Shown here one piece after another: positions 29,685 through 39,518 of a DNA stretch of 64,000 nt. The position numbers and the translations under genes are program-made. This DNA comes from Candidatus Eiseniibacteriota bacterium. Lineage in GTDB: Bacteria; Eisenbacteria; RBG-16-71-46; JABDJR01. The stretch spans positions 896,001-960,000 of the forward strand of contig CAWANH010000028.1 in NCBI GenBank assembly GCA_963783375.1. Direction: 5' to 3'. The notes under the pieces are model-generated. The model did not search any database. It was given only the letters and a program-made list of their open reading frames with translations, and was not told the DNA's origin. Position 1 is the stretch's first letter. Every line of letters starts with the position of its first letter.

Positions 29685-30560
29685 ATGAAGATCCGCACCC
29701 TGCGCTACCTGGTGAACGAAGGCGGCCGCGGCCTGGGCCGCCACCGCGGCCTCACCATGACCGCGATCCTCACCATGACCGCCAGTCTCCTGGTGCTGGG
29801 GGTGTTCCTGGTCACCACCTACAACGTCCGCCGGGTCCTGACCGGGCTCGAGGACCGGAAGGAGGTGGTGGTGTACCTGAAGGACGGCCTCACCGACCGG
29901 GACCGGGACATGGTGAAGGAACGCCTCGAGATGCACCCCGCGGTGGCCGGCGCCCGCTTCGTCTCCAAGGAAGAGGCCTGGGACGCGTTCTCGAAGGACA
30001 TGCAGGTGGACGGGCTCCTGGAGACGGTGGGCGGAAACCCGCTCCCCGACAGCTACCACCTGATCCTCGCCCCCGACCGTCGCGACGCCGCCACCCTCGC
30101 CGGGCTGGCGTCGGAGGTCGGGAACTGGGACGAGGTGGACGAGGTCCTGACCGGCGGCGAATGGGTGGGCCGCATGGACCGGTTCGCCCACTCGGTGCTG
30201 CTCTTCACCCTGGCCATCGGGATCGCGGTGGCGCTTTCCATCGTGGTGATCGTGGCCAGCACGGTGCGGCTCACCGTGGTGGCCCGCCAGGACCTGATCC
30301 ACATCATGAAGGCGGTGGGGGCCAGCGAGAGCTTCATCCGCCTCCCGTTCCTGAGCGAGGGCGTGCTCCAGGCGGTGATCGCCGGGGCCCTGGCCCTGGG
30401 CTCCCTCTACGGCGCCACCCTGCTGGTCGCCCACCGGTTCACCGGGCTCGAGTTCTTCTCCCCGGCCTGGTGCCTGGGCTTCGTGGGGCTGGCGCTCGGT
30501 CTGGGTCTCCTGGGGAGCGCGCTCTCCGTCCGACACGTGCTCCGGCAGGCGGGGCTCTGA
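29685..30560 (+). CDS. ftsX: Cell division permease FtsX
   Basis: TM1, periplasmic loop with NPLPD, then three TMs; IMKAVGA..SFIRLPFL.EG. Confidence 0.92.
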   Translation: MKIRTLRYLVNEGGRGLGRHRGLTMTAILTMTASLLVLGVFLVTTYNVRRVLTGLEDRKEVVVYLKDGLTDRDRDMVKERLEMHPAVAGARFVSKEEAWDAFSKDMQVDGLLETVGGNPLPDSYHLILAPDRRDAATLAGLASEVGNWDEVDEVLTGGEWVGRMDRFAHSVLLFTLAIGIAVALSIVVIVASTVRLTVVARQDLIHIMKAVGASESFIRLPFLSEGVLQAVIAGALALGSLYGATLLVAHRFTGLEFFSPAWCLGFVGLALGLGLLGSALSVRHVLRQAGL

Positions 30561-31789
30561 TGATCCGGGCCAGGGTGCGCGCCTCGCGGTTCCTGGTCTG
30601 GGGGGGCTTGGCCGCGGCGGTTTGTTGGACCGCGGCGGGACCGGCGCCGAGGCCTCGAACCGCCTTCGCCCAGAGCCAGTACGACGACGCCATCGGCGAT
30701 CACCAGAAGCAGCTCGAGGAGTTGAAGCGCCAGGCCGCCGAGAAGCGGCAGAAAGCCCGCGAGTTCGCCAAGCAGGAGCGGGGGGTCCTGGCCCGGCTCA
30801 ACAGGGCCGAAGAGGCCATCGCCGCCACCCGGAACTACCTGGACCGGCTCGGGGACCGGCAGGTCGATCTGGAGAGCCAGATCCGGCGGAACGAAACCGA
30901 TCTGAACCACGCCGAGACCGTTCTCGCCGGGCGGAAGCAGGACCTTGGCCGGCGGCTCCGCTACTCCTACATGTACGGGAAGGCGCGGGCGCTGGAGGTG
31001 GTCTTTTCGGCCGATACCTTCGCCGACCTCCTCCAGCGGGGGGCGTTCCTGAATCGCGTGCTCCAGGAGGATCAGCGGCTCATCACCGAGGTGGAGGAGC
31101 GCGAGGCCGAGGTACAGGACAAGCTCGACCGGCTTCACCGGAAACAAGACGAGCTGGCCCATCTGAAGTCCGAGAAGGAAGACCAGCGCCGCCAGTACGA
31201 AGCCCTGAAGGCCCAGCGCGGCCACGATCTGGCCACGGTGCGGAACCATAAGACGGAGAACGAGGCGGCGGCGCGGGAGCTGGAGGCGGCGGCGACCCGG
31301 ATGCAGAAGGTCCTGGCCGAGCTGGAGCGCAAGCGCCGCGCCGCCATGACCCGCCACAGCCCGGTCCTGGCCGAGCTGGACCGGAACGATTTCGGGAAGA
31401 ACCGCGGGCGGCTTCCCTGGCCGGTCCAAGGCGAGATCATCGACGCCTTCGGCCGGCACGAGCATCCCAAGTACCACACCATCATCCTGAACAACGGCGT
31501 GGACATCGCCGCCGACATCGGAACCCCGGTGATCTCGGTGGGGGACGGGGTGGTGGACCTGGTGCAGTGGCTTCCCGGTTACGGACAGACGGTGATCGTG
31601 AACCACGGCCGCGGGTTCTACACGGTCTACGCTCACCTCTCCGCGGTGTCGGTGGCCCAGGGCGCGAGGGTGGCCCCCGGTCAGACTCTCGGCGCGGTGG
31701 GGGACACCGGAAGCCTCAAGGGGGCCTGCCTCCACTTCGAGGTGCGAAACGGCGGCTCCGCCGAGAACCCCACCGGCTGGCTCAGATAG
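30560..31789 (+). CDS. envC: Murein hydrolase activator EnvC-like (coiled coil + M23)
   Basis: Signal peptide, long coiled coil, GRLPWPV.G, NNGVDI, YAHL, LHFEVR; follows ftsEX. Confidence 0.87.
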   Translation: MIRARVRASRFLVWGGLAAAVCWTAAGPAPRPRTAFAQSQYDDAIGDHQKQLEELKRQAAEKRQKAREFAKQERGVLARLNRAEEAIAATRNYLDRLGDRQVDLESQIRRNETDLNHAETVLAGRKQDLGRRLRYSYMYGKARALEVVFSADTFADLLQRGAFLNRVLQEDQRLITEVEEREAEVQDKLDRLHRKQDELAHLKSEKEDQRRQYEALKAQRGHDLATVRNHKTENEAAARELEAAATRMQKVLAELERKRRAAMTRHSPVLAELDRNDFGKNRGRLPWPVQGEIIDAFGRHEHPKYHTIILNNGVDIAADIGTPVISVGDGVVDLVQWLPGYGQTVIVNHGRGFYTVYAHLSAVSVAQGARVAPGQTLGAVGDTGSLKGACLHFEVRNGGSAENPTGWLR

Positions 31790-31916
31790 CCCTCCTCACG
31801 CCGGAAATCCGCCCGCCGGACGATCCCCCCGTTTACGGTAGAATCATGATCCGCCGAAGGGGGGAACCGCGGGGCCCGGGATAACCGGGCGGCCCGCCGA
31901 CGGGGAGGAGAGGACG

Positions 31917-32933
31917 ATGGGGAGCCTGCGAGCGCGAATCACCGGCACCGGATCCTACGTGCCTCCGCGCGTCGTCACCAACCAGGAGCTGACCCGGCTC
32001 ATGGACACCACCGACCAGTGGATCGTCCAGCGCACCGGGATCCGGGAGCGCCACTGGGTGGAGGGCGCGGTCACCACGTCGGACCTCGCGCTCGTGGCCT
32101 CGAACCGCGCGCTCACCGCGGCCGGAATCGCCCCCGGCGACCTCGACATGATCTTCCTGGCCACCCTGAGCCCCGACCACGAGTTCCCCGGGACCGCGTG
32201 TTTTCTCCAGGCCAAGCTCGGCCTGGCCGGGATTCCCGCCGTCGACGTGCGCCAGCAGTGCACGGGGTTCGTGTACGCGGTCTCCATGGCCGACCAGTAC
32301 GTCCGGAACGGCGCCTGCCGGCGGGCGCTGGTGGTGGGGGCGGAGATCCACTCCAAGGGTCTGGATGTCTCCACCCGGGGCCGCGACCTGGCCGTGCTCT
32401 TCGGCGACGGCGCCGGGGCGGTGGTGCTTGAGGCGGTCGAGGTGAGCGACCCCGCGCGCGACGCCCACGTCCTCTCCACCCATCTCCACGCCGACGGGCG
32501 CCACGCCCGGGAACTCTGGGCCCAGGCTCCCTCCCAGGCCTACGACGGGCCGCGGGTGAGCCGCGAGATCCTCGACCGCGGCGAGCACTATCCGAAGATG
32601 ACCGGCCGCGCGGTTTACGTGCACGCGGTCAAGCGCATGCCCGAGGCCGTCCACGAGGCGCTCGACGCCAACGGATACGCGCCCGGGGACGTGGACCTGT
32701 TTCTGTTCCACCAGGCCAACCTCCGGATCAACGAGGCGGTGGCCCAGAACCTGGGGGTGGACCCCGACCGGGTGTTCAACACCATCCACCGCTTCGGGAA
32801 CACCACCGCGGCCACGATCCCCCTGGGGCTGGACGAGGCGGTCAAGGCCGGGGCGCTCCGGCCGGGGATGCTGGTGGCCTTCGCCGCCTTCGGGAGCGGC
32901 TTCACCTGGGGCTCGATGCTGGCGCGGTACTAG
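31917..32933 (+). CDS. fabH: 3-oxoacyl-ACP synthase III
   Basis: GTGSYVP, WI.QRTGI.ER, QCTGF, LFGDGAGA, HQAN.RI, GNTTAA, FGSGFTW. Confidence 0.93.
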   Translation: MGSLRARITGTGSYVPPRVVTNQELTRLMDTTDQWIVQRTGIRERHWVEGAVTTSDLALVASNRALTAAGIAPGDLDMIFLATLSPDHEFPGTACFLQAKLGLAGIPAVDVRQQCTGFVYAVSMADQYVRNGACRRALVVGAEIHSKGLDVSTRGRDLAVLFGDGAGAVVLEAVEVSDPARDAHVLSTHLHADGRHARELWAQAPSQAYDGPRVSREILDRGEHYPKMTGRAVYVHAVKRMPEAVHEALDANGYAPGDVDLFLFHQANLRINEAVAQNLGVDPDRVFNTIHRFGNTTAATIPLGLDEAVKAGALRPGMLVAFAAFGSGFTWGSMLARY

Positions 32934-32973
32934 TCCGACCCGTCGGTGAAGCGGACCCCAGGTACGGCGGGGC

Positions 32974-33417
32974 TCAGCGACTCCCCGCCGCCGGCCCCCC
33001 CCGCTCCGCCTCCTTCCGGCGCTGCCGGTGGGTCACCGCCGCGTAGATGATGAGCCCGATCCCCACGAACATGGCGGGGATGGCCCAGAGCATGAGGAAG
33101 AGCGCGAACTGGCGCATGTCGGCGCCCCAGTCCTGTTCGATCACGAAGGTGGCCGAGGTCATGAGCCCGAAACCGATCGCCGCCCAGATCACCCCGTGGA
33201 GCCCCACCGAGCGCCCGTTCCGCTTGGGCCGGGCCGGGGTATCCTCCGTCTCCTCCCGGTCCTTGAGCTCGGCGGGGAGATCGGTGAGGCCCATCTCGAT
33301 GGCCCGGAGCCGCTCCTTGTGGAGGTACTCCCGCTGCTTGACCTTCTTGATCCCGTTCACGATCAGATAGGTGATGGGGATCAGAAGCGCGGTCACGAAG
33401 ATGATTACCGGTTCCAT
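32974..33417 (-). CDS. DUF6249-like small membrane protein
   Basis: TM followed by HKER..AIE.G and two C-terminal TMs; start MEPVIIF at 33417 with GAGG RBS. Confidence 0.75.
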   Translation of the reverse strand: MEPVIIFVTALLIPITYLIVNGIKKVKQREYLHKERLRAIEMGLTDLPAELKDREETEDTPARPKRNGRSVGLHGVIWAAIGFGLMTSATFVIEQDWGADMRQFALFLMLWAIPAMFVGIGLIIYAAVTHRQRRKEAERGGPAAGSR

Positions 33418-33494
33418 AGTCTGTTGTACCTCTTGGACTTGAGTCCAGAACGCCTCCCCGCGAACGCGGCCGCCGTCCGCTGCCGCACTCCGAT

Positions 33495-33524
33495 GGACCC
33501 TCCCCGGCCGCCCCGGGTTGCACC
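33495..33524 (-). promoter_or_regulatory. Putative ECF-sigma promoter for the DUF6249-like gene
   Basis: Minus strand reads GGTGCAAC-N17-GGTCC and mirrors the plus-strand copy. Confidence 0.6.
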
Positions 33525-33574
33525 GCGGAGTCCCGGCTTGCGCGGGCCGGGGCCCGGGGCGCACCCTTCCCCCG

Positions 33575-33604
33575 GGTGCAACCCGGAGCCCCTCCCCGCG
33601 GTCT
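33575..33604 (+). promoter_or_regulatory. Putative autoregulatory ECF-sigma promoter
   Basis: GGTGCAAC-N17-GGTCT upstream of the ECF sigma gene. Confidence 0.6.
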
Positions 33605-33651
33605 TACCGGTTGAGCCCCGACCGGGGCCGGCACCGGAGCGGAGTGCGTGA

Positions 33652-34221
33652 TTGAGCGAGAGCATCATGGTCGATGAGGAACAACCGTCCCTGCGCGCGC
33701 TCCTCGACGGGGGCGACGTGGGGACGGCCTATGCCCGGGTGGTCGAGACCACCCAGGACAGCCTCTACCGGTTCCTCCGTCACATGCTCCGCGACGACGA
33801 AGCGGCCCGGGAAGTGTTCCAGGATACCTACCTCCGGGTGTTCCGGGCCCTGGGGAGTTTCCGGGGGGAGGCGAGCCTCACCACCTGGGTGCTCACCATC
33901 GGGCGGAACACCGCGCTCAATCGGATTCGGGGGAGAAGGGGGCGCGAGGACCGGACCACGTCCCTGGACGATCCGGACGCCTACCACCGCGAGGTCCCGG
34001 TGGAGGCGGACGAGCCCCGGGTGACCCGGTCGGTGACTGCGGCGCTGGAAACTCTCCCCGAAGCCCAGCGCGAGGCGGTGCTGTTATTCTACGGGGAGGA
34101 TCTCCCGCTGGCCGAGGTGGCGGCCCTGACCGGCCGGCCGGTGAACACGGTGAAGAGCGATCTCTTGAGGGCGCGGAAGCGCCTGAGGGACCTCCTGGAG
34201 GGCGGAAGCGCTCTCGGGTGA
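33652..34221 (+). CDS. ECF RNA polymerase sigma factor
   Basis: EVFQDTYLRVF, FRGEASLTTWV..I.RN, LPEAQREAV, NTVKS.L.RARK.L. Alternative ATG at 33667. Confidence 0.92.
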   Translation: MSESIMVDEEQPSLRALLDGGDVGTAYARVVETTQDSLYRFLRHMLRDDEAAREVFQDTYLRVFRALGSFRGEASLTTWVLTIGRNTALNRIRGRRGREDRTTSLDDPDAYHREVPVEADEPRVTRSVTAALETLPEAQREAVLLFYGEDLPLAEVAALTGRPVNTVKSDLLRARKRLRDLLEGGSALG

Positions 34222-34670
34222 GGGCCTCCCCCGCGAAAGGCGGCGTCATGGATCGGGAAGAACGCGAGCTCGGAAACGACCGGCTGGGGCAGAGCCTTCG
34301 CGCCGCATTGGGCGCCGAGCGCGCTCCCCGCGACTGGGTGCGCGACGCCCTGGCCGCCCCCCACGCCGGCGCCGTCTTCGCGCCCCGCCCGGTTCCCGCG
34401 CCTCCGGCCGAACCGTGGTATGGGGACGTTCTCCCGCACCTCTGCGGGCTGGCGCTCCTCGTCGGCCTCGGCCTGGCCGCCCTCCTTCGCCCCGACGTGT
34501 TCCAGAACCTGGCCGTCGGATTCGGCGCCCTGCTTCCCGCCCTCACGCGCACCCGGGCCGACGCCTCGGCGGACGTCGCCCGCTACCTTCCCCAGCTCCT
34601 CCTCATCTCCCCCCTCATTCTCTTCGCGTGCTACGAGGGGGCCCGCGCCCTGGCCACCCACCGCCGCTAG
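34218..34670 (+). CDS. Putative membrane anti-sigma factor
   Basis: Overlaps the ECF stop; short cytoplasmic N-terminus plus two TMs. Alternative ATG at 34248. Confidence 0.6.
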   Translation: MRASPAKGGVMDREERELGNDRLGQSLRAALGAERAPRDWVRDALAAPHAGAVFAPRPVPAPPAEPWYGDVLPHLCGLALLVGLGLAALLRPDVFQNLAVGFGALLPALTRTRADASADVARYLPQLLLISPLILFACYEGARALATHRR

Positions 34671-34741
34671 CCGCCGCTCCCCGGGGCGCCGGCCCGAGCC
34701 CCGAGGCATCGCCGCGCCCCCCCTGGTACAATGCCCGGCCT

Positions 34742-35908
34742 ATGCCGCGCTTCGCCGACATACGGGGCCAGGACCGCGCCCACGACCTGCTTCGTCGCGC
34801 CGCCGGGCGCGGGCGGCTTCCCCACGCCTATCTCTTCCACGGCACCAAGGGGGTGGGCAAGACCTCCACCGCCTTCGCCCTGGCCCAGTTCGTGAACTGC
34901 GCGGCCCCGGCCGGGCCCGAGCCCTGCGGTCAGTGCCCCTCGTGCCGGAAGTACAACCATCTTCACCATCCCGACTTCCACTGGATCTTCCCCATGGCCG
35001 GCTCCGCGGGGGGGAAGCGCCTCAAGGGGGACGCGCGGGCCGAGCACGTGAAGCGGACCCGGGAGGAGCGGCTCACCCCGGGGATCCACGGGCTCTCGTA
35101 TACGGGGAGCGCGGGGATCGCCATCGGGCGGGACGAGGACACGATGGTGGGGAGCGTGGGGGAGCTCCGGCGGGAAGCGGGATACGCCCCGGTGGAATCC
35201 CGGGTCAAGGTGTTCGTGATCACCGAGGCCGAGCGGATGACCCAGGAGGCCTCGAACAGCCTGCTCAAGGTGCTGGAGGAGCCGCCCCCCGACAACCTCC
35301 TCGTCCTCACCACGGATCGCCCGTCCGGACTTCTCGACACGATCATCTCCCGCTGCCAGTCGGTGCGCTTTCGCGACCTCTCCGAGGAGGAGATCGTGGG
35401 GTTGCTGAAGGAGCGGGTGCGCATCCTGCGGGATCCCAGGAAGAAGAAGACCTCGGAGAGCGATCCGCCCTCCGACGAGGCGGCGGCCCTGGCCGCGGCC
35501 CTGGCCGGGGGGAGCCTCACCCGGGCCGCGGATCTGGTGACCGAGGACATCGTGAGGGACCGCGACGACGCGGTGGGATTCCTGGGGCTCGAGCCCGGCG
35601 ACCCCCGGATCCACGAGAAGGTGAGCGAATTGAACGCCGCGAAGGACCGGCGGCTCATCTCCCGGCTGATCGAGTTCGGGCTCCTCTGGCAGGGAGACCT
35701 GCTCCGGGCGGCCACCGGCGCTCCGGTGTCCCTGGCCAACCGGGACCGCGAGGCCCAGGTTCGCGGCCAGGCCGCCGCGGCGGGGATCGAGGAGATCCGC
35801 CGCCGCACCCGCGCGCTGGAGGAGGCGAAACGGGCGCTGGAGGGAAACGGGTTCGTTCCCCTCGTTCTCTACGCCCTGGTCCACGGTATGGAGGTCCCCG
35901 CGCGATGA
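34742..35908 (+). CDS. holB: DNA polymerase III delta' subunit
   Basis: HAYLF.G..GVGK, Zn finger C...CGQCPSC, HPD, NSLLK.LEEPP, TIISRC. Confidence 0.9.
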   Translation: MPRFADIRGQDRAHDLLRRAAGRGRLPHAYLFHGTKGVGKTSTAFALAQFVNCAAPAGPEPCGQCPSCRKYNHLHHPDFHWIFPMAGSAGGKRLKGDARAEHVKRTREERLTPGIHGLSYTGSAGIAIGRDEDTMVGSVGELRREAGYAPVESRVKVFVITEAERMTQEASNSLLKVLEEPPPDNLLVLTTDRPSGLLDTIISRCQSVRFRDLSEEEIVGLLKERVRILRDPRKKKTSESDPPSDEAAALAAALAGGSLTRAADLVTEDIVRDRDDAVGFLGLEPGDPRIHEKVSELNAAKDRRLISRLIEFGLLWQGDLLRAATGAPVSLANRDREAQVRGQAAAAGIEEIRRRTRALEEAKRALEGNGFVPLVLYALVHGMEVPAR

Positions 35909-37467
35909 CCGCGAAGACGTACTACATCACCTGCGCCATCGACTACGTGAACTCGAACCCCCACCTGGGAACGGCCTACGAGAAGATCGCCGCCGACGCG
36001 CTCGCGCGCTATCACCGGCTGGCCGGGACCGACGTCTACTTCCTGATGGGGACCGACGAGCACAGCTTGAACGTGGAGCGGGCGGCGCGGAAGCAGGGGC
36101 TCGATCCCCTGGCCTACACCGATCAAATGGCCGCCCGGTTCGAGGAGGTGTGGCGGAGCCTCGAGCTTTCCTACGACGTGTTCATCCGCACCACCGAGGA
36201 GCGGCACCAGGCCGCGGTGCAGGAGCTCTTCCGGCGGATCCACGACGCCGGGGACATCTACAAGGGCAAGTACACCGGCTACTACTGCGTGTCCTGCGAG
36301 GCGTTCAAGCAGGAGAAGGACCTGGTGGACGGGCTCTGCCCGGTTCACCGCACGAAGCCGGAGTGGATCGAGGAGGAGAACTGGTTCTTCCGGCTCTCCA
36401 GGTACCAGGAGCCCCTGCTCGCGCACTTTCGCGCCCACCCGGAGTTCCTGGTGCCGGCGTCGCGGCGGAACGAGATCGTGAACCTGATCGAGAGCGGGCT
36501 CGACGACATCTCGGTGTCGCGCCCGGGAAGCGGGTGGGGGGTGCCCCTTCCCCTGGATCCCGAGCAGCGGGTCTACGTCTGGTTCGACGCGCTCATCAAC
36601 TACATCACCGCGGTGGGGTTCGGCTCGGAGGATCCGGCCGAGACGGCGCGGTTCGACCGCTGGTGGCCAGCCCAGCTCCACGTGATCGGGAAGGACATCA
36701 CCCGCTTCCACGCGGTGATCTGGCCGGCCATGCTCCTCGCCGCGGGGGTGGCGCTCCCGGAGCGGATCCTCGGCCACGGCTGGGTGACGTTCAAGGGGGA
36801 GAAGCTCTCAAAGTCGCTGGGGAACATCGTGGAGCCCCTGGAGGTCACCGCGAAGTTCGGCCCCGATCCGCTCCGCTACTACCTGCTCAAGGAAGTGCCC
36901 CTGGACCGGGACGGCGACTTCACCTGGGATCTCTTCATCGAGCGCTACAACACCGAGCTGGCCAACGACCTCGGAAACCTGGTGAGCCGCACGGTCTCGA
37001 TGGCGGTGAAGTACTTCGGGGGGGAGATGCCCGCGGTGTGCTCCATCGAGGCGTCCGGACCGGATGCGGATCTCCGCTCGACCGCCGAGGCGGCGATCGC
37101 CGGCTGTCGGGCCGGGTTCGAGTCCCTGGCCGTGGACGAGGCCATCGCCTCGGCGTGGACGCTGGTGCGCCGCGCCAACCAGTACATCGAGGAGACCGCG
37201 CCCTGGAAACTGGCCAAGGACCCCGAGACCTCCGACCGGCTGGCCACGGTCATGAACGCGCTCCTGGAGTCGGTCCGGATCTCGGCCTTGCTCTTGACCC
37301 CGGTCATTCCGGGGAAGTGCGCGGAGATCCGCGCGCGGCTCATGAGCGGGGTGTCCGAGGACGCGATCTCCCTGGAGGAGGCGAGATGGGCGCCCCTGGA
37401 GTTCCGTCCGGCCTCGACCCTCGTCCGCCCCGAGCCGCTCTTCCCGCGGATCGACACCGGGTCCTGA
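35905..37467 (+). CDS. metG: Methionine--tRNA ligase (short form)
   Basis: PHLG, GTDEH, CVSC...CPVH, YVWFDALINY, GKDI.RFH, KLSKSLGN. Confidence 0.95.
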   Translation: MTAKTYYITCAIDYVNSNPHLGTAYEKIAADALARYHRLAGTDVYFLMGTDEHSLNVERAARKQGLDPLAYTDQMAARFEEVWRSLELSYDVFIRTTEERHQAAVQELFRRIHDAGDIYKGKYTGYYCVSCEAFKQEKDLVDGLCPVHRTKPEWIEEENWFFRLSRYQEPLLAHFRAHPEFLVPASRRNEIVNLIESGLDDISVSRPGSGWGVPLPLDPEQRVYVWFDALINYITAVGFGSEDPAETARFDRWWPAQLHVIGKDITRFHAVIWPAMLLAAGVALPERILGHGWVTFKGEKLSKSLGNIVEPLEVTAKFGPDPLRYYLLKEVPLDRDGDFTWDLFIERYNTELANDLGNLVSRTVSMAVKYFGGEMPAVCSIEASGPDADLRSTAEAAIAGCRAGFESLAVDEAIASAWTLVRRANQYIEETAPWKLAKDPETSDRLATVMNALLESVRISALLLTPVIPGKCAEIRARLMSGVSEDAISLEEARWAPLEFRPASTLVRPEPLFPRIDTGS

Positions 37468-37596
37468 GGCCGAACCACGGTCGCACCGAGTTCCGAGCGG
37501 GGGGGGGCGCGGAAGGCCACGGGTTCCGCAACCTCCCGGAATGACCTCCTGCCCGGCGTCCGGAAGGAGATCGATCGGGACCGGCGTGACCGATTA

Positions 37597-37605
37597 TGCT
37601 ATCAT
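37597..37605 (+). promoter_or_regulatory. Extended -10 element upstream of the sugar cassette
   Basis: TGCTATCAT in an AT-richer intergenic stretch. Confidence 0.4.
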
Positions 37606-37778
37606 TGTGGGTCGATTGACCGTCCGCGCTCTTTCCGTCAATGAGGAAGACCCGTGTCCCCGACCACCACGATCCCGGCGACGCGGATCGCGCCCGGCTT
37701 GGTTTGTCAGGTGGTCACAGCACGCCGGTCGACCGTGAACGCTCGGTCCTGTGACAGGAGAGCGGCATGGGAGAGACC

Positions 37779-38828
37779 ATGAAGTTTGCCTTGATTGGTT
37801 GCGGGGCCATCGCCAAGAAACACATTGAATCCCTGAAGCGCATCCCGGAAGCCGAGATCGTCGCCGTATGCGATGTCAACAAGGACATTGCGGAGTCGGT
37901 GGCGAAGGCGTACGACCTCCCCTATTACCTGGATCATCGTCGGATGGTAGCGGACGAGCAGATAGACGTGCTCTGCGTGCTCACCCCGTCCGGTGCGCAC
38001 TCCAGCGTCATTCTCGATCTGGTTGAATTCGGCAAGCATTTCGTGGTGGAGAAGCCTCTGACCTTGAAGCTCTCGGATGCGGATGAAATCATCGAGGCCT
38101 GCGACCGGGCGCAAAGCATGCTATTCGTCGTCCAGCAAAACCGGTACAACCCCCCCATCCAGAGGTTGAAGAAGGCCTTGGTCGCCGGTCGGTTCGGGAA
38201 ACTGGTCATGGGTACGGTCCGGGTGCGATGGTGCCGGAACCAGGGCTACTACGATCAGAAGCAGTGGCGCGGCACGTGGGCGTTCGACGGCGGGGTTCTA
38301 GCCAACCAGGCCAATCACCACATCGACATGCTTGCGTGGCTGCTGGGTGACGTGAACAGCGTGATGGCGATGAGCTCCACGCGCCTGGCGGAGATCGAGA
38401 CCGAGGATACCGCGGTGGCGATCCTCAAGTTCCGAAGCGGCGCCCTCGGAGTCATCGAAGCGACCACGGCCACCCGTCCCAAGGACCTTGAGGGATCCAT
38501 CAGCGTGTTGGGGGAAAAAGGGGCGGTCGAGGTAGGCGGTTTCTTCATGAACGAACTCAAGACATGGAACTTCACGGAGCCTCTTCCCGAAGACGAAAAC
38601 GTCTTCGAAGAGGCCGGACACACCCCGGCCGAGTTCGCCTGGAGCCACACCGAGTATTACAGAAGTGTGATGGACTCGATCAAGGAACGAAAGAGAGGCT
38701 TGGTGGATGGGTTGGAAGGCAGGCGTTCGTTGGAGCTCATCAACGCCGTCTATGAATCCATCGAGACCCGGAAAGAGGTCCGCCTCAGATACATCCCCCA
38801 GTTCACCAAACTGGGTCTCGAAAGCTGA
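37779..38828 (+). CDS. Gfo/Idh/MocA oxidoreductase (WbpB/WlbA-like UDP-GlcNAcA 3-dehydrogenase)
   Basis: IGCG.I, TPSG.H, EKP, QNRYN, VRWCR...YY....WRGTW..DGG...NQA.HH.D. Confidence 0.85.
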   Translation: MKFALIGCGAIAKKHIESLKRIPEAEIVAVCDVNKDIAESVAKAYDLPYYLDHRRMVADEQIDVLCVLTPSGAHSSVILDLVEFGKHFVVEKPLTLKLSDADEIIEACDRAQSMLFVVQQNRYNPPIQRLKKALVAGRFGKLVMGTVRVRWCRNQGYYDQKQWRGTWAFDGGVLANQANHHIDMLAWLLGDVNSVMAMSSTRLAEIETEDTAVAILKFRSGALGVIEATTATRPKDLEGSISVLGEKGAVEVGGFFMNELKTWNFTEPLPEDENVFEEAGHTPAEFAWSHTEYYRSVMDSIKERKRGLVDGLEGRRSLELINAVYESIETRKEVRLRYIPQFTKLGLES

Positions 38829-38855
38829 TAGCTTCCTGCGGGGGGTGAGCGACGA

Positions 38856-39458
38856 ATGGTCGGCAATCAGAGCATCATCAACACGAAATTCGGCTCCGAG
38901 CCCGTCATCGGGGAGTTCGTCCTGATCGGTGTGGCTCCCCGGGGAAAGAATCCCGGCGAGTTGGAGACGGTGGTCGGGACGGGGGCGGTGATCCGGTCGC
39001 ATACCGTGATCTATGCCGGCAACGTGATCGGAAACAATTTCCAGACCGGACACGGCGTGATGATTCGCGAGTCGAACGAGATCGGTGACGACGTCAGCGT
39101 CGGTACCGGATCCGTCGTCGAGCATCACGTGAAGATCGGGAACGCCGTACGGGTACACTCTCAGGTCTTCATTCCGGAATTCTCAACTCTGGAGGACGGT
39201 TGCTGGTTGGGCCCCAATGTCGTCCTCACGAACGCCAAGTATCCCTTGTCCCGCGGGGTCAAGGAGCACCTAGTCGGTCCCGTGATCAAGAAGCGGGCGA
39301 AGGTGGGAGCCAACAGCACCCTTCTGCCGGGCGTGGTCATCGGCGCGGACGCTCTGGTGGGCGCGGGCAGCGTCGTCACCAAGGACGTCCCGGACCGAAC
39401 GGTGGTCGCGGGGAATCCGGCAAAGGTCATTGGGAACATTGGGGAGTTGCCGTACTAG
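38856..39458 (+). CDS. Hexapeptide-repeat N-acetyltransferase (WbpD/WlbB-like)
   Basis: Left-handed beta-helix repeats, GPNVVLTN.KYP, GAGSVVTKDV, GNPA. Confidence 0.85.
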   Translation: MVGNQSIINTKFGSEPVIGEFVLIGVAPRGKNPGELETVVGTGAVIRSHTVIYAGNVIGNNFQTGHGVMIRESNEIGDDVSVGTGSVVEHHVKIGNAVRVHSQVFIPEFSTLEDGCWLGPNVVLTNAKYPLSRGVKEHLVGPVIKKRAKVGANSTLLPGVVIGADALVGAGSVVTKDVPDRTVVAGNPAKVIGNIGELPY

Positions 39459-39518
39459 GGGGTGGATTCGGCCGGCCGCACGTCAAGCGGGCCGGTCTTC
39501 ATACGGAAGGGGTTCTCG

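Noticed and set aside
35905-37467. MetRS lacking the C-terminal tRNA-binding domain, with HLGT and KLSKS signature variants
   Set aside because: Short MetRS forms and such variants are common; not evidence of truncation.
37615-37642. ATTGAC-N16-GTCAAT inverted repeat as an operator or att site
   Set aside because: Only 6-bp arms, no matching copy at the other end of the cassette, and no integrase.
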